Virus record (IMG/VR): IMGVR_UViG_3300032293_000679
DNA length: 20,000 nucleotides
Reading direction: 5' to 3' (one strand)
From: an uncultured virus (IMG/VR IMGVR_UViG_3300032293_000679)
Taxonomy: Duplodnaviria; Heunggongvirae; Uroviricota; Caudoviricetes
Made by a program: the position numbers and the translations under genes. Every line of letters begins with the position of its first letter. Positions within the stretch are counted from its first letter, which is position 1. Under the pieces are notes generated by a model. That model had not been told where the DNA came from. It was given only the letters and a program-made list of their open reading frames with translations, and made no database searches. This document shows positions 14,231 through 20,000 of this stretch, in pieces.

Positions 14231-14617
14231 ATGAGTAACTTTAAGATAGACTTCTGGGAGCTTTGCTTTCTAGCTGAAGCTTGTATCCCACCAAGACCTA
14301 TAGCAAGAACTATGTTTTGGCAGAATTTAACTAACCTGTACTACCACAATATGACTGAAAACGAGAGGACTAAGCTGTTTGAATTTATGAATAGGAACTC
14401 TAAATACGAAGAGAGCTTAGAAGAACAGGGAGATACCCAAATATTTCACGCAAGGTTTGACCCCGACAATCAGTACAGAGTAACAACTAACTTCCAAGAT
14501 AAAGAAGAAGTTTACGAAGCTTTTCTTCGGAATGACAAGTACTGTACTAGTAGTAATTTTTGGATTTCATCAGATTATATCATTAAAGTAGAAAAGATAA
14601 CTCCTAAGATTAATTAG
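14231..14617 (+). CDS. hypothetical phage protein
   Basis: 128 aa; EACIPPRPIAR motif. Confidence 0.75.
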   Translation: MSNFKIDFWELCFLAEACIPPRPIARTMFWQNLTNLYYHNMTENERTKLFEFMNRNSKYEESLEEQGDTQIFHARFDPDNQYRVTTNFQDKEEVYEAFLRNDKYCTSSNFWISSDYIIKVEKITPKIN

Positions 14618-14645
14618 GAGTTATCAACAATAATCACTATATTTG
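14595..14645 (+). promoter_or_regulatory. 12-bp inverted repeat followed by a -7 promoter box for the ERF operon
   Basis: GATAACTCCTAA-GATTAA-TTAGGAGTTATC (14595-14624), then TATATTTG at 14638-14645. Confidence 0.55.
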
Positions 14646-14665
14646 CATACAAAGAAAGGAAACAT

Positions 14666-15283
14666 ATGAACAATTTAATTAAGGCAGTATTGTCTGTAAT
14701 GGAGGATGTCAAAGGTATTGACAAAACCATGAATGTAGGAACTGGTAGCTCATCTTATAAGGGCGTATCAGACAAAGAAGTTAAAAAGATTATCGGGTCA
14801 TCAATGAAGAAGCATGGCTTGGTATTATTTCCAACCGAGATTAACCCAAAGACTACTATTGAAAGATGGGAAGAGGTAGGTCAGTACGGTGCTAAGATGA
14901 AACAATCTGTCTTTACTGAGGTTACTACTAAGTATCTATTATGCCACGAGTCAGGAGAGTGTATTGAGCTATCAGGATACGGGAATGGCGTTGATAATCA
15001 GGACAAAAGTGCTGGGAAAGCGACCACATATGCCCTCAAATATGCGCTTTTATACACATTCTTAGTACCAACTGGCACAATTGATGATGCTGACAATACT
15101 CACTCTGATGAGGCAGCCGTACCAAGAAAGACTACAAAGGCATTGCCTGAGTTGACTGAAGAGTCTTATCAGAAAATGGTTGAGGCTATCAAGGGTGGAC
15201 AAAAGTCTATTGTTGTTAGTGCCATGTCAAAGTACAAAATACCACAAAACTATTTAGATGAATTAAACAAGCTACTTGCATGA
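14666..15283 (+). CDS. erf: ERF-superfamily single-strand annealing protein
   Basis: G.GVDNQDKSAGKATTYALKYALLYTFLVPTG..DDAD signature. Confidence 0.9.
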   Translation: MNNLIKAVLSVMEDVKGIDKTMNVGTGSSSYKGVSDKEVKKIIGSSMKKHGLVLFPTEINPKTTIERWEEVGQYGAKMKQSVFTEVTTKYLLCHESGECIELSGYGNGVDNQDKSAGKATTYALKYALLYTFLVPTGTIDDADNTHSDEAAVPRKTTKALPELTEESYQKMVEAIKGGQKSIVVSAMSKYKIPQNYLDELNKLLA

Positions 15284-15441
15284 GGTATAATTTATTCTAC
15301 GAACTAAATGGCAAGAAGCATCATAAGGTAATAACAATAGAAAAGAAAGAAACGCAAAAAATAAAAAAGGATATTGCCAAGCTTGGCGGTATAAACATTA
15401 AATTAAAACCATTAACAAACGGAACGGAAGGAAACTTATGA
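15280..15441 (+). CDS. small basic protein (53 aa; not in ORF track)
   Basis: MRYNLFYELNGKKHHKVITIEKKE...; ATGA overlaps at both ends. Confidence 0.65.
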   Translation: MRYNLFYELNGKKHHKVITIEKKETQKIKKDIAKLGGINIKLKPLTNGTEGNL

Positions 15442-15851
15442 CAGATTTCATACCATCATTTTCATTTATAAACTTCTTAGCAAAGAAGTACAACTTCTCA
15501 GCAGCTGAGGAGTACATCTTATTCAAAGTTGAATACAAAGAGCCAGATGTAATTGCCAAGAAAGAGTTCTCTATTCTTGCGGCGGAGATGGCTGACACAT
15601 TGAGAATCAACATTGATGACCTCTTTGTTAGGTGCAAGAAAAAAGAGCTTGTATATCCAAGACACCTGCTCAGGCATATAGCTTACGAGAATAGGGTAGG
15701 CTCACTACAACAGATAGCAAGGCTAACCAATTGCAGGGGTCACGATACTGTTATCCATTCAATTAAAATATCAAAGACTTTAATTGAAATAAATGACAGG
15801 GAGTACATGAGATATTATCAACCCTTAGCCCACTTGTTAGATGGAAAATAA
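15438..15851 (+). CDS. DnaA C-terminal (domain IV)-like HTH protein
   Basis: KKELVYPRHL..IAY..SLQQIAR....RGHDTVIHSIK resembles the DnaA domain IV R..A.Y..S...IG..F.RDHTTV.H pattern. Confidence 0.75.
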   Translation: MTDFIPSFSFINFLAKKYNFSAAEEYILFKVEYKEPDVIAKKEFSILAAEMADTLRINIDDLFVRCKKKELVYPRHLLRHIAYENRVGSLQQIARLTNCRGHDTVIHSIKISKTLIEINDREYMRYYQPLAHLLDGK

Positions 15852-16209
15852 ACTATTATTACCTGCTGCTCTGATAAACTTCAGACCAAAGGTTGATGGC
15901 TCTTACTCATTGAACTTCGGTACATACATCTTGTCTGAAGAACAGAAGATACAGATTATGCGTATGCATAACCACTCTGGTGTGCTACTATTCTCAGACA
16001 AAGAGACTCACTCTGCTGCCGACATAAACATGATAGATGCAATTGATGTTGATATGGGTAATACAAAGACCCCATCACAAAGATTAAGAAGCGTTATCTA
16101 TCTGTACTACGAACAACAGAACAGTAAGGATGCTGTAACATTTAAAGAGTTTTACATCAATCAGATGGAGAGAATGATTAATTATTATAAAGATAAATTG
16201 GAGGATTAA
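15841..16209 (+). CDS. conserved phage hypothetical protein
   Basis: 122 aa; KTPSQRLRSVIY and FY..QME..I motifs. Confidence 0.8.
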   Translation: MENKLLLPAALINFRPKVDGSYSLNFGTYILSEEQKIQIMRMHNHSGVLLFSDKETHSAADINMIDAIDVDMGNTKTPSQRLRSVIYLYYEQQNSKDAVTFKEFYINQMERMINYYKDKLED

Positions 16210-16213
16210 ACAA

Positions 16214-16420
16214 ATGAAAGAAGGAAAATTAAAAATCAAAATCAAATCAAGAGACATTGAGTCTTCTGTAACTATTCACGAAGATGCTAACATCCATGAG
16301 CTGATGTCTGCAATTCACTCGCTAATCCTAGCTCAGGGATACACAGAGAAGACTATCCAAGCTGGGTATGAAACTATGTTAGACACAATGTATCCTAGCT
16401 ATGTCAAGCCAGCATTCTAA
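16214..16420 (+). CDS. hypothetical protein
   Basis: 68 aa in operon. Confidence 0.7.
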   Translation: MKEGKLKIKIKSRDIESSVTIHEDANIHELMSAIHSLILAQGYTEKTIQAGYETMLDTMYPSYVKPAF

Positions 16421-16751
16421 AGAGGTTAAGCTTAACATCAAACCTCTGTCAATCAATCAAGCGTATCAAGGTAGGAGGTTCAAAACTCCTGCCTACAACG
16501 CTTACACCAAGAAGGTGTTACTGATGTTGCCTAAGATTAAGATGCCAGAACCACCATACGAAGTGTACTATGAGTTTGGCTTTAGCAGTAAGGCTTCCGA
16601 TTGGGACAATCCAATTAAGCCTATACAAGACCTGCTCAGTACAAAGTATAAGTTCAACGACAAGTTAATCTTCTGTGCCAATGTCAGAAAGATTATAGTT
16701 CCAAAAGGTAAAGAGTATATCAAATTTAAAATTAGTCACTATGAACAATAA
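16401..16751 (+). CDS. rusA: RusA-family Holliday junction resolvase
   Basis: PLSINQAY, DWDNPIKPIQDLL (D.DN..K...D) and ND..I motifs. Confidence 0.85.
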   Translation: MSSQHSKEVKLNIKPLSINQAYQGRRFKTPAYNAYTKKVLLMLPKIKMPEPPYEVYYEFGFSSKASDWDNPIKPIQDLLSTKYKFNDKLIFCANVRKIIVPKGKEYIKFKISHYEQ

Positions 16752-16845
16752 AGAACACCACAACCATTGCGATGGCAAGAGCATGATAGTCTGTTTCTTT
16801 GCAGCTTTGATTTATTTATTCTTAACAACATGGGCAAGCATATGA
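16741..16845 (+). CDS. small single-TM protein (34 aa; not in ORF track)
   Basis: MNNKEHHNHCDGKSMIVCFFAALIYLFLTTWASI; ATGA overlap with the glucosaminidase start. Confidence 0.5.
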   Translation: MNNKEHHNHCDGKSMIVCFFAALIYLFLTTWASI

Positions 16846-17387
16846 TTTACACATACGATAAGAAAACATTAGAGCCTAAGAGTGCTGTCAGAAAGATAGC
16901 AATTCTAATCCTCAGCCTAACACTTGTTAGTTCCCTCCTGTTCTACAGAGAGGGCTACAAGAACGGCAAGAATGTATTGACCACTCTGACTCCAGAAGAT
17001 AGAATCATCATACTTAACAACTATGATAAGTTTACTCCAGAAAAGTTTAAGGCTTATCTTGAAGAGTTAAATGTACCACACGCAGATATAGTCTATGCAC
17101 AAGCATTGCTTGAGACTGGCAACTTCACTTCTCACATCTTTAAAACAAACAATAACTTATTCGGTATGAAGGTTGCAACAATCAGACCTACCACCAACAT
17201 AGGAGAAGAGAATGGTCATGCAGTGTTTAAACATTGGAGACAATCTGTTGTAGACTACGCCTTATATTCTTCTTGCTACCTAACTAAGATGACAAGACCT
17301 GAGTACTTTTCTTATCTCGGTAGTAGATATGCAGAGAATCCTAATTACATTAACCTAATTAAAAAGATATTAAATGAAAAACAATAA
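16842..17387 (+). CDS. glucosaminidase-domain (GH73-like) peptidoglycan hydrolase with an N-terminal membrane anchor
   Basis: AQALLETG, NNLFGMK, F..WRQSV.DY and YAENPNY motifs; hydrophobic IAILILSLTLVSSLLFY; likely start at 16842. Confidence 0.85.
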   Translation: MIYTYDKKTLEPKSAVRKIAILILSLTLVSSLLFYREGYKNGKNVLTTLTPEDRIIILNNYDKFTPEKFKAYLEELNVPHADIVYAQALLETGNFTSHIFKTNNNLFGMKVATIRPTTNIGEENGHAVFKHWRQSVVDYALYSSCYLTKMTRPEYFSYLGSRYAENPNYINLIKKILNEKQ

Positions 17388-17452
17388 GGTCAAGGTTGTT
17401 ATAATCTTGGTTATTATTATTTATTACGCAATACAATTTTATAAAATCACAC

Positions 17453-17776
17453 ATGAATAAAGTATTAGAAATGAAAAACTGCAAAGAGACAGTTAAGACT
17501 TTGCTTGAGAAGTTCCCTAACCTTAGGGACAATGATGAGAAGCTATGTGCTAACTATTGGTACATTGAAGCTAACCTGCACTTCGTCACGCTGGATGCTA
17601 ATGAGTTTCTGCGTATGTATGCAGATGGCAGAATTACTCACTCAGACAGCATTACAAGAATGAGAAGGAAGCTACAAGAGAAGCACCCAGAACTCAGAGG
17701 TAAGCTATGGGAAGAAAGGCATAAGAATGAAGAACCTGTTAAAAAGTTTTTGAAAGATGAGATGTCACAAGTGTAG
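17453..17776 (+). CDS. conserved phage hypothetical protein
   Basis: 107 aa; LRDNDEKL and SITRMRRKLQE..PELRG motifs. Confidence 0.8.
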   Translation: MNKVLEMKNCKETVKTLLEKFPNLRDNDEKLCANYWYIEANLHFVTLDANEFLRMYADGRITHSDSITRMRRKLQEKHPELRGKLWEERHKNEEPVKKFLKDEMSQV

Positions 17777-17972
17777 AAGAAATCTTCCCTTATTTCTGTT
17801 TGCAAAGGACAACATGAAGTATAAGGTAGCCTTTTGGAGAGGCAGGATGTGCGTATGCAGGGTATGTTCATTTAAACAGTCTAAGCATAAAGTTGTTAGG
17901 CACATCAATGGTAAATTTGTTATTGTACAATTAAGTTTAACAGAACGATTAAAAGAATTTTTCAGAAGATGA
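17757..17972 (+). CDS. Cys4 zinc-finger protein
   Basis: CHKC ... CRVC. Confidence 0.65.
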   Translation: MRCHKCRRNLPLFLFAKDNMKYKVAFWRGRMCVCRVCSFKQSKHKVVRHINGKFVIVQLSLTERLKEFFRR

Positions 17973-18121
17973 CAGAGATATTAGAGAAGCGTAAAGCTAA
18001 ATTAAAAAGACTACGGTCTTATGCTATTGAGGACAATAACCTCACCAAGAAGTATCAGGCGGACAGGTTGATTGAAGAGCTATCAAAGAAACTTTATAAA
18101 TTAGAAAGCTTTAAGATATGA
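17969..18121 (+). CDS. small basic protein (50 aa; not in ORF track)
   Basis: MTEILEKRKAKLKRLRSY...; ATGA overlaps on both sides. Confidence 0.6.
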   Translation: MTEILEKRKAKLKRLRSYAIEDNNLTKKYQADRLIEELSKKLYKLESFKI

Positions 18122-18351
18122 ACTCAAGAGACGCAGAAAAACAATTAATCTACGACAGATACAAAGAAGAGAGCGATAAGCTGCTTCAATGTGTTGATGA
18201 TTACAACAAGGCAAGAGCAAGACTCAATGAGCCAAATGCTACTCAAGGTGATTATGTTATCTACGGCTTAGCTAAAGACAGATGGGATAAACAATCTATC
18301 CTAATTGATGAGATTGGTAATGAGCTTGCTAAATACAAGCGAGATGTTTAA
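18118..18351 (+). CDS. hypothetical helical protein
   Basis: 77 aa in operon. Confidence 0.7.
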   Translation: MNSRDAEKQLIYDRYKEESDKLLQCVDDYNKARARLNEPNATQGDYVIYGLAKDRWDKQSILIDEIGNELAKYKRDV

Positions 18352-18356
18352 ATTTG
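18326..18356 (+). promoter_or_regulatory. Bacteroidota sigma-A type promoter
   Basis: TTG (18326-18328), 20-nt spacer, TAAATTTG (18349-18356), ATG at 18362. Confidence 0.5.
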
Positions 18357-18361
18357 CCTAT

Positions 18362-18811
18362 ATGAGAATGTTAATCGCACTTTTGTTTCTTGCATCTTGC
18401 AGTCCTGCTGCTAGGTTTGATAGACTTATCAAGAAGCACCCAGAACTAATTAAGAGAATAGACACATCCGTCAAGGTAAATGTAACCGTGTATAGAGTTG
18501 ATACCTTCTATGTAAAAGGAGATACCATAATCCAAGGGGTAAACCTTGACTCTCTTACAGGAGTTTTTAGAGAGTTATACTCTGACTCACTCTACTCTAT
18601 TTCAATGTCTATAGACTCATTAAAAAAGGTCAAGGCTAAAGTAGTGTTCAAGCCACGCATCTTAACCAAGTCTGATACAATCTATGTAGAAAAGACTGTA
18701 GTAGTTCCTGCAAAGATTGTTGAGGTTGAGAACAAGAAATGGCAGTACGCATTTTACATCACATGGATCGTCATTGCCTGTACAATTGCATTAAAGAAAT
18801 TATGGAATTAA
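18362..18811 (+). CDS. lipoprotein with a C-terminal TM helix; unimolecular spanin candidate
   Basis: Signal MRMLIALLFLAS-C lipobox, beta-rich V/T/D middle, C-terminal WQYAFYITWIVIACTIAL followed by KK. Confidence 0.65.
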   Translation: MRMLIALLFLASCSPAARFDRLIKKHPELIKRIDTSVKVNVTVYRVDTFYVKGDTIIQGVNLDSLTGVFRELYSDSLYSISMSIDSLKKVKAKVVFKPRILTKSDTIYVEKTVVVPAKIVEVENKKWQYAFYITWIVIACTIALKKLWN

Positions 18812-18978
18812 TATTAACAACAGAAGAATGGAATGTTGTCTTGTTAGGACTACAAGAACTTCCAGCAAAGCAAAGCTATGGTCTTATAGAAAAGATTATT
18901 AAAGAATATGAGCGTTCACAATCATCCTCCTTATCCCAAGCTTCCTCCGATGACGGAAGAACAGAGGGAGGCTGTTAA
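18802..18978 (+). CDS. small hypothetical phage protein
   Basis: Likely start MELILTTEEWNVVL; L.ELP.K.S..LIEKI pattern. Confidence 0.65.
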   Translation: MELILTTEEWNVVLLGLQELPAKQSYGLIEKIIKEYERSQSSSLSQASSDDGRTEGGC

Positions 18979-19078
18979 GCAGCACAACAAAAGAAGGCTG
19001 GAGCTTGTAGCCGAAGTTCTCAAAGACTGGGAACGAAAGAAAGCTGAAACAAAGGTTAGTAAGACTAAGAGGCGTTAA
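18908..19078 (+). CDS. small basic protein (56 aa; not in ORF track)
   Basis: MSVHNHPPYPKLPPMTEEQREAVKQHNKRR...; its stop overlaps the convergent gene's stop at TTAA. Confidence 0.55.
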   Translation: MSVHNHPPYPKLPPMTEEQREAVKQHNKRRLELVAEVLKDWERKKAETKVSKTKRR

Positions 19079-19296
19079 TCCTCTTGGTCTTCAAAGACCT
19101 CATCATGAATCTGATTGATATAGAAATCAATCACCCTTAGACTCTTATTTAAGATTCTCCTTTTTCTTTCTTGCCCACTCTTAGTCATTGGGTCAAGCAT
19201 CTCTACTGCTGCTATAGCGTTATAGCATTGAATAATTACATCAGACCTTGTGTCTGCCTCTTCATATTCAATTTCAAACTCTTCAGTTTCACTCAT
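19075..19296 (-). CDS. acidic hypothetical protein
   Basis: 73 aa, last gene of the convergent operon. Confidence 0.75.
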   Translation of the reverse strand: MSETEEFEIEYEEADTRSDVIIQCYNAIAAVEMLDPMTKSGQERKRRILNKSLRVIDFYINQIHDEVFEDQED

Positions 19297-19300
19297 AAGA

Positions 19301-20000
19301 TTAAAGTTTAACTCTTTGTTCTATGTATTCCATTTTTAAGGCATCTCTACCTTGTTCAAATGTCCTGTTCAAGCTAAAGGTAATATCGTAAAAAGATGTA
19401 GATGCTGGATCAAAACCTTTTCTAGCACTGAAATAATCAACGCCCTTAGATTCTTTAGCCGTACCAAGTTGAATGTGTAATTGCTCCTTTACATTTATAA
19501 TACCAGCAGGTGAGCAGTAAACTCTGTTAAGCGGAGCTAATAAGTTTCTGTGGATGTGACCAGAGATGAATATATCTGCATCAATTGTAGCTGCATTCCT
19601 TTTAACATTCAAAGCACCCAAACTCATTGCTGCATTTGAATCCTTACCATGATTAAAGAATATAGTACAACTTGCACTTGAGTTGTTATCCTCAGTTCTT
19701 TTGCCTATCATAATAATATATCCTGCATACTCATTTGAGATTAAGACTTCTTTGCCTGTCATCTTATGCAGGTATAAGTTTAAAATCTCAAGCAAATACA
19801 ACTCTGCCCTTTTCTCAAATTCTTTCTCGTGATTACCGACTGTAATTATTCCAATACAATCTATATAAGGCGCTAAGAACTCAGCAACCTCTTGAACTAC
19901 TAGATTAACATAATTCTCCTCACGCAATGCTTCTTTAATATCGGACTTAGTACTTCTAAAGTCCATTCGCATCCCCATGATGTCAAACAAATCTCCAATG
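19301..20000 (-). CDS. calcineurin-like metallophosphoesterase, 5'-partial
   Basis: Frame continues to the window edge (IGDLFD); GNHE, NHG and GHIH motifs. Confidence 0.85.
   Translation of the reverse strand, partial: IGDLFDIMGMRMDFRSTKSDIKEALREENYVNLVVQEVAEFLAPYIDCIGIITVGNHEKEFEKRAELYLLEILNLYLHKMTGKEVLISNEYAGYIIMIGKRTEDNNSSASCTIFFNHGKDSNAAMSLGALNVKRNAATIDADIFISGHIHRNLLAPLNRVYCSPAGIINVKEQLHIQLGTAKESKGVDYFSARKGFDPASTSFYDITFSLNRTFEQGRDALKMEYIEQRVKL

Overview
An AT-rich segment of a tailed dsDNA phage genome, most likely infecting Bacteroidota. The host call rests on TTG-N20/21-TAnnTTTG promoters and A-rich leaders without Shine-Dalgarno sites. Two arms diverge from a ~0.9 kb non-coding control region at about 5200-6090. 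The left arm (minus strand) has small hypothetical genes, a RepL-like winged-helix protein, a MazG-like pyrophosphatase, an Acb2/Tad1-like protein and a cluster of aberrant tRNA-like or structured RNAs. The control region holds seven copies of a 19-bp pseudo-palindrome, inverted AGGGG/CCCCT motifs around an AT-rich core, and back-to-back sigma54-type promoters with IHF-consensus sites and enhancer-like palindromes. The right arm (plus strand) opens with a basic protein and a ~660-nt stretch with no credible gene that folds into continuous multi-branched RNA domains. This stretch has a boxA-like motif, a long-range closing helix and a 3' tRNA T-arm, and is the most striking unexplained feature. 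It is followed by small membrane proteins, an amidoligase plus class II glutamine amidotransferase pair, DUF932, ERF, a DnaA C-terminal-like protein, RusA, a glucosaminidase, a u-spanin-like lipoprotein and a convergent partial metallophosphoesterase. Family calls come from motif recognition by eye and RNA folds were done by hand; no database search or folding program was run.
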